This document shows positions 31,974 through 41,852 of a stretch of DNA of 64,000 nucleotides, one piece after another. Below the pieces are notes generated by a model, which saw only the letters and a list, made by a program, of their open reading frames with translations, was not told the DNA's origin and made no database searches. Positions within the stretch are counted from its first letter, which is position 1. The number at the start of each line of letters is the position of its first letter. The position numbers and the translations under genes were made by a program. The DNA is taken from the NCBI GenBank assembly GCA_963754985.1, contig CAVWIJ010000012.1, positions 514,249 through 578,248 of the forward strand, given 5' to 3'. The DNA comes from an uncultured Holophagae bacterium. GTDB lineage: Bacteria; Acidobacteriota; Thermoanaerobaculia; Thermoanaerobaculales; Sulfomarinibacteraceae.

Positions 31974-32795
31974 GTGACCGAGCGAGGGCATCCGCTGAAC
32001 GCCGTTGTGGTCAATAAGGTCGAGGTCTCTCCCGGCCTCATGGTGCTGCGCGTCGCCGCCGACGGCTGGGAGCTTCCCGAGTTCACGCCGGGCCAGTTCG
32101 CGGTGCTCGGGCTGCCGCCCGAAGCGCCCCGCTGGGCGACCGCCGACCCCGAGGAGAAGCGGCCGAAGTCCGACCGGATGATCCGCCGCGCCTACTCGAT
32201 CGCGTCCTCGTCGGTTTCGCGGGAGTACTTCGAGTTCTTCATCAACATGGTCCAGTCGGGGGAGCTGACGCCCAGGCTGTTCGCCCTCGCCACGGGGGAC
32301 CGGATCTGGCTCGGCCCCAAGGTCACGGGGGCCTTCACGCTCAACGAGGCGCGCCCGAACAGCCACCTCGTGCTGGTCGCCACCGGCACCGGCCTCGCGC
32401 CGTACATGAGCATGCTGCGCACGAAGCTGCCTGCCACGCCTGCCCGGCGGATCGCGGTGCTGCTCGGCGCGCGCCACTCGTGGGACCTCGGCTACCATTC
32501 CGAGCTGCTGGCCATGCAGCAGCAGCACGCCAACCTGAGCTATCTGCCGACGATCAGCCGGCCCGACGGCGAGGTACGGCCGTGGTCGGGCCGCGTCGGT
32601 TACGTGCTCGAGGCTTGGCGCGACGGCGCGGTCGAGCGCGCCTGGGGCTTTCCACCGACCCCGCTGACGACCAGCGTCTTCCTGTGCGGCAACCCGCGCA
32701 TGATCGATGACATGTGCGCGCTGCTGGCCAGCGACGGATACAGGGAGCACAGCCGCGGTTACCCCGGCGAGATCTTCGTCGAGCGCTACTGGTAG
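31974..32795 (+). CDS. fpr: Ferredoxin-NADP(+) reductase
   Basis: Intact 273-aa ORF with RAYSIASS (FAD binding), LVATGTGLAPYMSML (NADP binding) and a C-terminal FVERYW. Confidence 0.85.
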   Translation: MTERGHPLNAVVVNKVEVSPGLMVLRVAADGWELPEFTPGQFAVLGLPPEAPRWATADPEEKRPKSDRMIRRAYSIASSSVSREYFEFFINMVQSGELTPRLFALATGDRIWLGPKVTGAFTLNEARPNSHLVLVATGTGLAPYMSMLRTKLPATPARRIAVLLGARHSWDLGYHSELLAMQQQHANLSYLPTISRPDGEVRPWSGRVGYVLEAWRDGAVERAWGFPPTPLTTSVFLCGNPRMIDDMCALLASDGYREHSRGYPGEIFVERYW

Positions 32796-32841
32796 CGGAT
32801 TTGCCGGCGGCGGGCGGACGACCACCTCGGCATGGATTCTG

Positions 32842-32870
32842 CCTCCGGATGCGCGCAGCGCATCCGGAGG
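32842..32870 (+). terminator. Perfect 13-bp stem-loop downstream of fpr, a possible terminator with no T-tract
   Basis: CCTCCGGATGCGC (32842-32854), loop GCA, then GCGCATCCGGAGG (32858-32870). It lies 47 nt after the fpr stop. Confidence 0.4.
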
Positions 32871-32943
32871 AGCGTGTGAGGCAGAGGCCAACCACAACAA
32901 CCACATCAGAAGCGCGCTCAGGGGCCTATGCCCCACACGCTCC

Positions 32944-33123
32944 AGCCCGGATATCTCACCGGGATTCGTAGCGAGGGCGGCGAGGTGCCGTGCGCAGTGG
33001 GGATTTCGACCCGAGGGGCGCGGAGGCGTACTTTATGGTACGTCGAGCACCCCGAGGCGAGAAAGCACCGCTGAGTGCGGTACATCGCCGGCCGCAGTAG
33101 AAAGTTGGTGAGATATCCGGGCG
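32944..33123. mobile_element. MITE-like 180-bp element, copy 2, with perfect 16-bp terminal inverted repeats
   Basis: GCCCGGATATCTCACC at 32945-32960 faces GGTGAGATATCCGGGC at 33107-33122. The element abuts the elbB stop codon (33124-33126). Confidence 0.6.
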
Positions 33124-33783
33124 CTAGGCCATCTCGAGCAGCGCGTCCACTGCCTTCTCGATGCCCGCGGCGGCCTCGGAGATCCGCTCGGCGAGCATGT
33201 AGGCCGGGGTCGAGATCAGCTTGCGCTCGCGATCCACCACGAAGTCGCGGACTGGACAGGCGACGTGGCGGGCGCCCATCGTCTCGAGGGCGCTGGCGGT
33301 CGCCGGGTCGTTGCCGATGGTGAGCTGCGGGCTCTGCTCGCCGAGCAGTTTCGCGATCAGCGCCGGTGCGATGCACTCCGCGGCAATCGGCTTGCCCTGG
33401 GCGTGCACCTCCCGCACCAGCCGCGCGACCTCCGGGTGGACCGTGCAGTCCGGGCCGGCGACCGCGAAGTTGCACAGGTTCTTGGCGGCGCCGAAGCCGC
33501 CGGGAAGGATCAGCGCGTCGAGCTCGCCGGCGCTGACCAGGGCGACGTCACGGATAACGCCGCGCGCGATCCGCGCCGCCTCGACGAGCACGTTCCTGCT
33601 CGCGCCCTCCTCGACCTCGCCGGTGAGGTGGTTGACGACGTGGAGCTGGGAGGTGTCGGGTGCGCACAGGACCATCTCCGCCCCGCGCCGGTCGAGCGCG
33701 AGCATCGTGATCACCGACTCGTGGATCTCGGCGCCGTCGAAGACGCCGCAGCCGGACAGGATCACGCCGACCTTCTTTGCCAT
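33124..33783 (-). CDS. elbB: DJ-1/PfpI-family protein ElbB (isoprenoid biosynthesis glyoxalase-like)
   Basis: The ATG at 33783 is in frame in track ORF 33124..33936. MAKKVGVILSGCGVFDGAEIHESV, LILPGGFGAAKNLC and PIAAECIAP are ElbB hallmarks. Confidence 0.85.
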   Translation of the reverse strand: MAKKVGVILSGCGVFDGAEIHESVITMLALDRRGAEMVLCAPDTSQLHVVNHLTGEVEEGASRNVLVEAARIARGVIRDVALVSAGELDALILPGGFGAAKNLCNFAVAGPDCTVHPEVARLVREVHAQGKPIAAECIAPALIAKLLGEQSPQLTIGNDPATASALETMGARHVACPVRDFVVDRERKLISTPAYMLAERISEAAAGIEKAVDALLEMA

Positions 33784-33938
33784 GGCTCGCCTCCGTGGGT
33801 GACCGTCTCGAGATGGTCCACCCGTCATTCTACCGTCTCCGGCCGACGTGGCACGCGGGTCGACGGCGTCCACTTGCCCGTGGCCGAGGTGGGAGCAATA
33901 CTGATCGTGGAGACAAGGGGCAACCGAGGAGGGCAATC

Positions 33939-34691
33939 ATGGCGAGGACACCTCACGGGAGCTTGGGCAGCAGCGTGGCGGTGCGACCGGCGGAGTTCCA
34001 GATGCGCTTTCGCGAGCTTCTGGAACGGGCAGCGGCTGCGCGCAAGCCGTTGTTGGAACGACCCGCCCAGCTCGGGCCCTTCCTGACCGTTTCCCGCGAG
34101 GTCGGATCCGGCGGCGCCGAGGTGGCGCGGCTGGTCGGCCTGCGGCTCGGCTGGGCGGTATTCGACAAGGAGCTGGTCGAGGATCTCGCCCGCCGGCTCG
34201 AGCTGTCGCCCCAGATGGTCGAGCTGCTGGACGAGACTCGCTCCGACTGGTTCCACGAGACCATGCTCAGCCTCATGAACTCGAGGATCGTGCTCCAGAA
34301 CAACTACCTGTCGATGCTCGGCAAGGTCATGCACCTCGCGGCCTACGAGGGGAAGGTGATCTTCGTTGGCCGCGGCGGCCACCTGCTGCTCCCCCGTGAC
34401 GCCGGGCTGAGGGTGCGGGTGATCGCCCGGCGCGAGACCCGGCTGGAGACCTACCAGGCGCGGGAGGGGCTGAAGGCCGACGAGGCGGAGCGCGAGCTCG
34501 ACCGGCTCGAGGCTGGCCGCGCCGACTTCGTGCGCCGCCACTTCCGCCGCGAGCCGGACGACCCCTACCAGTACGACATGGTGCTCGACTCGTCGATGTT
34601 CGGGATGGAGGGCTGCGCCGAGCTGGTGTGTCGGGCGCTGGAGCTTCGCGGCTTGATTGCCAAGAAGGAGGGATTAGGGGCTCGGGACTAG
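33939..34691 (+). CDS. Cytidylate-kinase-like (AAA/P-loop kinase) family protein
   Basis: The ATG at 33939 is preceded by GAGGAGGG. FLTVSREVGSGGAEVARLVGLRLGW is the P-loop-like start of the Cytidylate_kin2 family. The last 8 codons and the stop lie inside repeat R8. Confidence 0.65.
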   Translation: MARTPHGSLGSSVAVRPAEFQMRFRELLERAAAARKPLLERPAQLGPFLTVSREVGSGGAEVARLVGLRLGWAVFDKELVEDLARRLELSPQMVELLDETRSDWFHETMLSLMNSRIVLQNNYLSMLGKVMHLAAYEGKVIFVGRGGHLLLPRDAGLRVRVIARRETRLETYQAREGLKADEAERELDRLEAGRADFVRRHFRREPDDPYQYDMVLDSSMFGMEGCAELVCRALELRGLIAKKEGLGARD

Positions 34692-34868
34692 GGGAAAGGC
34701 CGCCACCCGTCCCCGTTCTCGTCCCCGTTCCCGTTCCCGTTCCCGGGTCCGCACGCTGCTCCGCTTCTGCGCGCCGCTTCCGCGCCCGCATCGCGAGTCC
34801 GCGTCCCCCGCAGCGGCGAGCCCAACCGTCCGGGCTCGGAAGCGGACGGGGAAGCGGAAGCGGGTGGA
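34665..34868. repeat. Composite intergenic repeat (locus R8): 7-nt-phased G4 tract plus hexamer arms
   Basis: GGGATTAGGGGCTCGGGACTAGGGG lies at 34670-34694 with G-runs starting every 7 nt. (CCGTYC)n runs over 34708-34745, CGCTTCCGCGCCCGC lies near 34775, and CGGAAGCGGACGGGGAAGCGGAAGCGGG lies at 34837-34864. Confidence 0.65.
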
Positions 34869-34926
34869 TGTGCGTGACCGAGACGCAACAGGCTGTGGCT
34901 TCGGTGTCCTTCTCCGGCCTCTCCCC

Positions 34927-35316
34927 TCAGTTCACCGGCAGGGGCTGCGAAAGCTCGAAGGGCGCGATGTCGATATCGAAGGCCTCGCCGTCCCGGGTGA
35001 CCATCTGGTAGCTGCCGTGCATGGAGCCGAAGGGTGTCGGCAGCGGGCAGAACGAGGTGTACCCGAAGGACTCCCCCGGCGCCAGGACCGGCTGCTCGCC
35101 GACCACTCCCGGCCCGGACACCTCCTCGACCTCGCCGTGGGCATCGGTGATGATCCAGTGCCGGCTGACCAGCTGCACGACCTCCTCGCCCTGATTCGTG
35201 ATCCTGATCCGATAGGCGAAGAACCACATCCGGCGCAGCGGCTCCGAGCGCTCCGGCACGAAGCTCGAGTCGACCTCCACCAGGATGCCTCGGGTGCGTG
35301 CCTGAGAGCTGCCCAT
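34927..35316 (-). CDS. apaG: ApaG (DUF525) protein
   Basis: Intact 129-aa ORF. FFAYRIRITNQGEEVVQLVSRHWIITDAHGEVEEVSGPGVVGEQPVL.PGESF.Y.S closely matches the ApaG pattern. Confidence 0.85.
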   Translation of the reverse strand: MGSSQARTRGILVEVDSSFVPERSEPLRRMWFFAYRIRITNQGEEVVQLVSRHWIITDAHGEVEEVSGPGVVGEQPVLAPGESFGYTSFCPLPTPFGSMHGSYQMVTRDGEAFDIDIAPFELSQPLPVN

Positions 35317-35541
35317 CGTGGTCTCCCGTCCTGCTCACGACCCCACTGCCGCATCGGGGTCGCGGGTTGTCCAACCGCCCGTGTCGTGGCGCGGATACAC
35401 TGAGAAGCCGTGGTCGGGTCCGCAGCCCGCGGGTCGGCGGCGGAGAAAGGGTGCCATGATTTCAACCCTCGCGCCACTCCCGGCATCGTATGGGATGTGG
35501 ACGCACTGGCGAGGACTGCCGCGATACCGCACGAGGCGATC

Positions 35542-36069
35542 ATGATGGTGCCGGCCGGCTGCGGGGACGCTCTGCAGGGCGCGCGTTCGGGTGACATGGC
35601 CGCCTTCGAGGAGCTGTACCGGGCCACCGTGGGGCGCGTGCATTGCCTGTGCCTGCGGATGTGCAGGGACCCCCAGCTCGCCGAGGAGCTGACCCAGGAA
35701 AGCTACATCAGGGCATGGCAGAAGCTGGCGACCTTCCGCGGCGACAGCCTGTTCTCGACCTGGCTGCACCGGATCGCCGTCAACGTGGTCCTCGGGCACT
35801 TCCGCAGCTCGGGCCGCCGCCTCGATGCCGTTTCCGGCGACGAGGTCGAACCCGTCGAGCCGGTGGTGCCGGCGGCGCCGGGCCTGGCCCTCGACCTGGA
35901 GCGCGCGATCGCCGCCCTGCCGACCGGGGCCCGGACGGTGTTCGTGCTGCACGATGTCGAGGGTTACACACACGACGAGATCGCGCGGATGGCGGGAGTC
36001 GCGGTGGGCACCTCCAAGGCTCAGCTCAGCAGGGCCCGCGCCCTGCTGCGAAAGGCGTTGTCTCCATGA
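35542..36069 (+). CDS. ECF-type RNA polymerase sigma factor
   Basis: An internal ATG of track ORF 35410..36069. Region 2 is FEELYRATVGRVHCLCLRMCRD...AEELTQESYIRAW and FSTWLHRIAVNVV. Region 4 is VFVLHDVEGYTHDEIARMAGVAVGTSKAQLSRAR. Confidence 0.8.
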   Translation: MMVPAGCGDALQGARSGDMAAFEELYRATVGRVHCLCLRMCRDPQLAEELTQESYIRAWQKLATFRGDSLFSTWLHRIAVNVVLGHFRSSGRRLDAVSGDEVEPVEPVVPAAPGLALDLERAIAALPTGARTVFVLHDVEGYTHDEIARMAGVAVGTSKAQLSRARALLRKALSP

Positions 36070-36743
36070 GATGCGACGAGGTTGTCGGACTGCTCGACGG
36101 GTACGCTGAGGGCTCGCTCGCGGCGGACGTCGCGGCCCGGATCGACGACCACCTGGCGGGATGCCCCCGGTGTGCAAGCGAGCTCGAGGGGCAGCGGCGG
36201 CTGCTCGCTCGTGTCGCCGACCTGCCGCGCGAGATCGAGCCGTCCCGCGACCTGTGGCCGGCGCTGGCCGCCCGGCTCTCCGTCCCGCCGACGGTGGTCG
36301 AAGGCCGCTTCGGCGGCAGCCGGCGGTGGCGCCTCGCCGCAGTTGCGGCGGCGATGCTGATGGCCGCGGGATCGCTGCTGATCGCCTACTCGCTCGGACG
36401 CCAGCACGTGGGCGGCCCGACGACGGCCCGCGGGCAGCTGGAGTCGCCGGTGGCGGTGCCGGCCAGATTGGCAGGGACCGGCGTCGCCGAGGCCGAGGCC
36501 GAGTTCGTCGAGGCCCGCGACCAGCTGCTGGCGGCGCTCGCCGCCCGGCGCGGCACGATGTCGCCGGAAACGCAGCGGGTCGTCGACGACAACCTGAAGC
36601 TGATCGACGGCGCGATTGTGAGGATCACTGCCGCGCTCGCCGACGATCCGTTGAATCCGAGGCTGGCGAACCGGCTCGCCGGGGCGTACCGGACGCAGAT
36701 TGAGCTCTTGCAGCGGGCCACTGCACTGCCCGCAGAGATTTAG
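36066..36743 (+). CDS. Anti-sigma factor (zf-HC2 type, single TM helix)
   Basis: The ATG at 36066 overlaps the sigma factor stop (ATGA). The zinc motif is H-x3-C-x2-C (DDHLAGCPRC), and the TM helix is WRLAAVAAAMLMAAGSLLIAY. Confidence 0.7.
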   Translation: MRCDEVVGLLDGYAEGSLAADVAARIDDHLAGCPRCASELEGQRRLLARVADLPREIEPSRDLWPALAARLSVPPTVVEGRFGGSRRWRLAAVAAAMLMAAGSLLIAYSLGRQHVGGPTTARGQLESPVAVPARLAGTGVAEAEAEFVEARDQLLAALAARRGTMSPETQRVVDDNLKLIDGAIVRITAALADDPLNPRLANRLAGAYRTQIELLQRATALPAEI

Positions 36744-36752
36744 GAGGGTGTC

Positions 36753-37628
36753 ATGAGGAAGCTTGCAGCATGGGCAGCGGTCGTGATGTTGGCGGCGGCG
36801 CCGGCGTTGGCCCAACGCACGGTGGACGAGAGCCGGCCGCTGAGCCCGACCGGCCGGGTCGAGGTCTCCAACGTCGAGGGCTCGGTGAAGGTGATCGGCT
36901 GGGGCAACGCTGAGGTCGAGATCACGGGCACTCTCGGCCCCGATGTCGAGAAGCTCGAGATCACCGGCGATGAGAGCGTGCTCAGGATCGAGGTCAAGGC
37001 GCCCAAGCACCCGGAGCGGCTCGAGACCGACCTCGTTCTTCGGGTTCCAGTGGGAGCCGGCATCGAGGTCGAGACGGTGAGCGCGACCATCGAGGTCGAG
37101 GGCCTGACCGGATCCGTCAACCTCGAATCGGTGAGCGGATGGGTCAAGACCGCGGGCCGGCCGACCGAGCTGTCGATCGAGACGGTCAGCGGCGACCTCA
37201 CCGTCGCTGCATCGGCGCCCCGCACCGACCTCGCCTCGGTCAGCGGATCGATCACCGTGGACCTTGCCACGGGCCGCCTTGAGGCCGAGTCGGTGAGCGG
37301 CGCGATCCGGGTCGAGAACGGCTCGCTGGAGGGAGCATCCTTCGAGACGGTCTCCGGCGACATCAGCTACGCCGGCGACATCGTGGGACGGGGCAGCTAC
37401 GAGATCGAGAGCATGAGCGGCGGAGTCACCTTGCTGGTCCCGCCCAGCGTGTCGGCCGAGTTCGACATCACGACCTTCAGCGGCGACATCGACAATGACA
37501 TCGGACCCAAGGCCCGGGGCACGAGCAAGTACACGCCCGAGAAGGAGCTCAGCTTCAGCACCGGGTCCGGAGGCGCCAGGGTGTCGATCGCGTCGTTCTC
37601 CGGCTCGATCAAGATCAAGACCAAGTAA
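36753..37628 (+). CDS. DUF4097-type beta-helical exported protein (putative adhesin fold)
   Basis: Intact 291-aa ORF with a signal peptide and repeated SGSI/SGDI/SGAI beta-strand units (VSGSITVD, VSGAIRVE, VSGDISY, FSGDID, FSGSIKIK). This protein is a typical partner of ECF sigma and anti-sigma pairs. Confidence 0.75.
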   Translation: MRKLAAWAAVVMLAAAPALAQRTVDESRPLSPTGRVEVSNVEGSVKVIGWGNAEVEITGTLGPDVEKLEITGDESVLRIEVKAPKHPERLETDLVLRVPVGAGIEVETVSATIEVEGLTGSVNLESVSGWVKTAGRPTELSIETVSGDLTVAASAPRTDLASVSGSITVDLATGRLEAESVSGAIRVENGSLEGASFETVSGDISYAGDIVGRGSYEIESMSGGVTLLVPPSVSAEFDITTFSGDIDNDIGPKARGTSKYTPEKELSFSTGSGGARVSIASFSGSIKIKTK

Positions 37629-37723
37629 GGGCCACGAGCCTCATCGGACCAGGCGGCGCGGCGCTGCCGCGCCCCGGCAGCGAGCATGAGGAGCGCGCGC
37701 AGGGGCTTTCGCCCTGCGCAGGT

Positions 37724-39743
37724 TTATGCCGCCGGCTCCTCCGCTGGCGTCTTGCGGCGACGGCGGCGCCGAGACCGCCGCTTCTTGGCCGGCTCCTGCC
37801 CGTTCGTCACCTCGGCAGGAGCTGTCGGGAGGTCTTGGCCGGACGCGCCCGGCGGCTCGGCTGGCGCCTCGCCGGCGGCGGCGCCTTTCTTGTGTCGGCG
37901 GCCCCCGCGGCGGCGCCGCTTCGCCTTCTCGGGCTCGCCGGCCGGCGGCCCGCCGCCAGCCTCGGCGCCGGGCTCGTGCTCCGGTTCGCCCATTGCATCG
38001 GCCGGCGGCGCGGCCAGGTCGTTGCCGCTGGCCGGCTCGGCCGGCAGCTCGCCGGGTCCGCCGCCCTTCTTGCGGCGGCGCCCCCCACGCCGGCGTCGCT
38101 TGGCCTTCTCAGGCTCGCCGCCGCCGTGCGTGACGGCGTCGTCGGCCTCGTCGTCGTCCAACTCGGGCTCGTTCTCCCCGGGGCGCCCGTCTGCCCGCTC
38201 CTCTCCCGCCGCCAGGTCCGCGACGGTCACCGCCGGCGCCGCGGCGACCGGAGCCTCGTGCTCGCGGTCACGGTCGAACCACTCGAGCTTCTCCTGCGAT
38301 CGGTGGAGGGCGGTCGCCGCGACGACCTCGATCCGGATGTCGAACTCCCGCTCGAGCTCCGCGATCTGCTGCCGGTGGTCGTTCTGCAGCGCGTCGGCGA
38401 GCTCGGGGTGGAGCTCGACGCGGACCCGCTTGAGCCGGCCGGTCACCGCGCGGGTCTCGATTCGGCGCAGCACGCTCAGGCTGACGAGCTCGGGGCTCGC
38501 GATGCTGCCGGTGCCGGCGCAGGTCGGGCACTGGCGGTGGGTGCGCAGCTTGAGCTCCTTGGTGATGCGCTGGCGGTTGATCTCGAGCAGCCCGTTCGAC
38601 GAGATCCGGCCGACCGAGAACTTCGCCCGGTCGTCCTTCATGGCCTCGCGCAGCCCGCGCTCGACGTCCTTGCGGTGCTTCATGGAGCGCATGTCGATGA
38701 AGTCCACGACCACCAGCCCGCCGATGTCGCGAAGCCTCAGCTGCCGGGCGACCTCGGTCGCGGCCTCGAGGTTGGTCGCGACCGCGGTGTCCTCCTGGCT
38801 CGAGGCGCCCCGGGACCGCCCGGAGTTGACGTCGATCGCGGTCAGCGCCTCGGTGCCGTCGATGACGATCGAGCCGCCGGACGGAAGCTCGACCCGGCGC
38901 TGGTAGATGCGGTCGATCTGGGGCTCGAGGTCGAAGCGGCTGAACAAGGGCATCCGCTCGGAGTAGCGGGTGAGCCGGGTCTTGGCGCGCGGCATGAAGG
39001 TCTGCATGTAGGCGCCAACCTTCTCGAATGTGTCGTCGTCGTCGACCAGGACCTCGTCGATGCTCGAGTCGAGGGAGTCGCGCAGCACCTGCAGGATGAG
39101 GTCCTGGTCCGAGTAGAGCAGCCGTGTCCCCTTGCCGGTCGCGGACTGGGCGTAGCACCTTCTTCCACAGCCGGAGCAGGGCGCTGAGGTCGCGGTTCAG
39201 CGAGGCCTTGGGCTGGTCGCCGGCATTGGTGCGGGCGATCACCCCGAAGCCCTCGGGAAGGTCGAGCTGGCCGATCCGCTCGCGCAACACGCCACGAGTC
39301 TCGCCGTCCTCGAGCTTGCGTGAGACGCCGCGCGCCTCCTCGAAGGGCATCAGTACCAGGTAGCGCCCGGCAATGCTGAGGTTGGTGGTGAGCAGCGCGC
39401 CCTTGGAGCCGATGCCGTCGCGGACCACCTGGACCAGCACCGGCTTGCCCTTCTCGAGGAGCTGGTCGATGCGGTGGTGGCGGCGCTCGGAATCGAGCTT
39501 GCGGTGGGCGGCGGCCGGGACCACGTCCTCGGCGCGCAGCAGGCCGTGGCGCTCGGCGCCGAAGTCGAGGAAGGCGGCGTCGAGGCTCGGCTGCAGGCTG
39601 GCCACGACTCCGCGGTAGATGTTGCCCCTGTAGAGGCCGGTTTCCGACGTCGACACCGCATAGGCGTCGAGGACGCCGCGGTTGACGATCGCCACCCGCA
39701 CCTCTTCCGGTCGGTGGGCGTTGATCAGCAGTTTGCGTGCCAT
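37724..39743 (-). CDS. Rne/Rng-family ribonuclease with an Arg-rich C-terminal tail and one frame break
   Basis: The N-terminal S1 domain lies in 38268..39743 (NIYRGVVASLQPSLDAAFLDFG). The catalytic part lies in 37724..39088 (GGSIVIDGTEALTAIDVNSG, GGLVVVDFIDM, CPTCAGTG). They join at about 39130. Confidence 0.8.
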
Positions 39744-39753
39744 GTGCTCTCCG

Positions 39754-40816
39754 TCAGCAGCGGTACAGCACGGCGCCCCAGTTGAGCCCGCTGCCGAGAC
39801 CCACGAAGCAGACCAGGTCGCCCGCCTTGAGCCGCCCCTGCTGGCGGGCCTCGTGGAAGGCGATCGGAATCGTGGCTGCGGTGGTGTTGCCGTAGCGCTG
39901 AATGTTGTTGAAGACCTTGTCGTCGGGGAGCCCGAGCCGCTTCTGGACCCCCTCGTTGATGCGCAGATTCGCCTGGTGCATGATCAGCAGGTCGAGGTCG
40001 TCGAGGCTCAGTCCGTTGCGCTTCAGGATCTCGAGGGTCACCTCGGGCATCGCGGTGACAGCGAGCGCGTAGACCTTGCGCCCCTCGACGATCGGCGTGA
40101 TGTCGCCGCTTTCGATCATCTCCTGGCTGATGTAAGGCCGGAAGGCGCTGCCAGCCGCCTTGGTCCACAGCCGCTCGGCCTCGTTGCCGTTGCAGTGGAT
40201 GACGCAGTCGAGGACGCCGCAGTCCGTGCCCTCGACGCCCTCTACCACCACCGCGCCGGCGCCGTCGCCGAACAGCACGGTGCGGTCGCGGAACAGGGTG
40301 TTCCGGTCGTACTGCTCCTTGCTGACCGGCCCGTCGGCGTCGCCCATCGCCACGTCCCAGCTCTGGCGGTCCCACGGCTGGAGGCAGCTGTGGACCTCGG
40401 CGCCCACCACCAGCACCCGCCGGTGCTGCCCGGAGCGGATGACGGCATCGGCGAGCTGCAGGTGCGTAGAGAAAGCCAGCGCACTGCTGGCGGATGTCGA
40501 GGCAGGGAATCGTGGCGAGGCCGAGCTTTCGCTGCAGGAAGGGGGACGAGCCCGGGAAGTAATAGTCCGGGGTCATGGTGGCCAGGATCAGGTAGTCGAT
40601 GTCGTCGAGGGTGCGGCCGGCGCTTTCGACCGCCTGGCGGGCGGCGGGCACCGCGATGTCCGAGGTCGCCTCGCCGCGCGCCGCGAAGCGCCGCTCGACG
40701 ATGCCGGTCCGCACCTGGATCCACTCGTCGGTGGTGTCCATGATGCGGGACAGGTCGTTATTGTCGACGATCTTGGGGGGCACGTGCATACCGGTACCGG
40801 TGATCACTGCACGCAT
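39754..40816 (-). CDS. fabH: 3-oxoacyl-ACP synthase III with one frame break
   Basis: The ATG at 40816 is preceded by AAAGGAGGGG. The sequence MRAVITGTGMHVPPKIVDNNDL...TDEWIQVRTGI...QQCAGFLY (track ORF 39725..40837) joins 39754..40416 (HQANLRI, NIQRYGNTTAATIPIA, GLGSGLNWGA) at about 40440. Confidence 0.85.
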
Positions 40817-40889
40817 GTCCCCTCCTTTCGCACGCACTATAGCTCACGAGGATCGACGAATGGCGGCGGTTGCACACGGAATCGGCTAG

Positions 40890-41192
40890 CGGCTTCCGGC
40901 GGTGGGATGCGACCCCGACCCGCTTCCGCGCCCCCGTCCGCGCCCGATTCCGGGATTGAAGCGGAACGATGAGTGGCAACGACGCGTTCGGCCGCGGAAG
41001 CGGATCCGGCATCGCCTTCTCGCTTCGCCGTGACAACAGCGGGCTGGGGACGGATCACTCGTTCGATCGACGGAACGATCCGGTATCACCTCGTCGGAAG
41101 CGGGCGGGAGGACGGATCACCGACCACGTATCACTTCCCCCGGAAGCGGGCTCGGAAGCGGGCTCGGAAGCGGGCTCGGAAGCGGAAGGAGG
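40890..41192. repeat. Composite intergenic repeat (locus R9)
   Basis: CCCGCTTCCGCGCCCCCGTCCGCGCCCGATTCCGGG runs from about 40918 to 40953. A threefold 12-mer tandem (CGGAAGCGGGCT)x3 followed by CGGAAGCGGAAGG lies at 41141-41189. Confidence 0.65.
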
Positions 41193-41219
41193 GCGCCGAC
41201 TCCGTGATATCGTCTCGAC

Positions 41220-41852
41220 GTGGCCGACGGCATCCGGATCGTCTTCTCCGAGGTCGCGAAGCGCTTCGACGAGCGCGTGGTCTTCCGCTCGGTGGCCGGC
41301 GAGGCGGCGCCCGGCGAGGTGCTCGCGGTGACCGGGCCCAACGGCTCCGGCAAGTCGACCCTGCTCGCGATCCTCTGTGGCTTGCTGCGGCCGACCAAGG
41401 GCTCGGTCCGCTACTTGCAGGGTGATGGCAGCGAGCTCGAGCGCGCGGCGTGGCGGCAGGTGCTGGGTGCGGTGGCGCCCGCCATGTCGGTGTACGAGGA
41501 GCTCGACGCGATGGAGAACTTGCGCTTCTTCGCGCGGGTGCGCGGCCTGCGGGATGCCGACGCCCGCTGCCTCAGCTGCCTCGAGCGGGTCGGGCTCGAC
41601 CCTGGCCGGCACACCCTGGTGGCGGGATTCTCCACCGGCATGCGCCAGCGGCTGAAGATCGCCCAGGCGATGCTGCACCGGCCGGAGGTGCTCTTCCTCG
41701 ACGAGCCCGGCTCCAACCTCGACCCGGAGGGCCGCATCTGGCTCGAGGGTTGGGTGCTGGCGGAGCAGGCCGCCGGCACCACGGTCGTGCTCGCCACCAA
41801 TGACCCGCGCGAGATGGAGTGGGGGACCAGGCGTGTGGCGCTGGCTCTCTGA
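41220..41852 (+). CDS. ccmA: Heme-exporter ABC ATPase CcmA-like
   Basis: Intact 210-aa ORF with a GTG start. Walker A is GPNGSGKSTL, the signature is FSTGMRQRL and Walker B is LFLDEP. It sits directly upstream of ccmB. Confidence 0.75.
   Translation: MADGIRIVFSEVAKRFDERVVFRSVAGEAAPGEVLAVTGPNGSGKSTLLAILCGLLRPTKGSVRYLQGDGSELERAAWRQVLGAVAPAMSVYEELDAMENLRFFARVRGLRDADARCLSCLERVGLDPGRHTLVAGFSTGMRQRLKIAQAMLHRPEVLFLDEPGSNLDPEGRIWLEGWVLAEQAAGTTVVLATNDPREMEWGTRRVALAL

Noticed and set aside
33265-34086. The plus-strand ORF 33265..34086 and similar ORFs overlapping elbB and the cytidylate-kinase-like gene
   Set aside because: It is out of frame or antisense to well-supported genes and has GC-bias composition.
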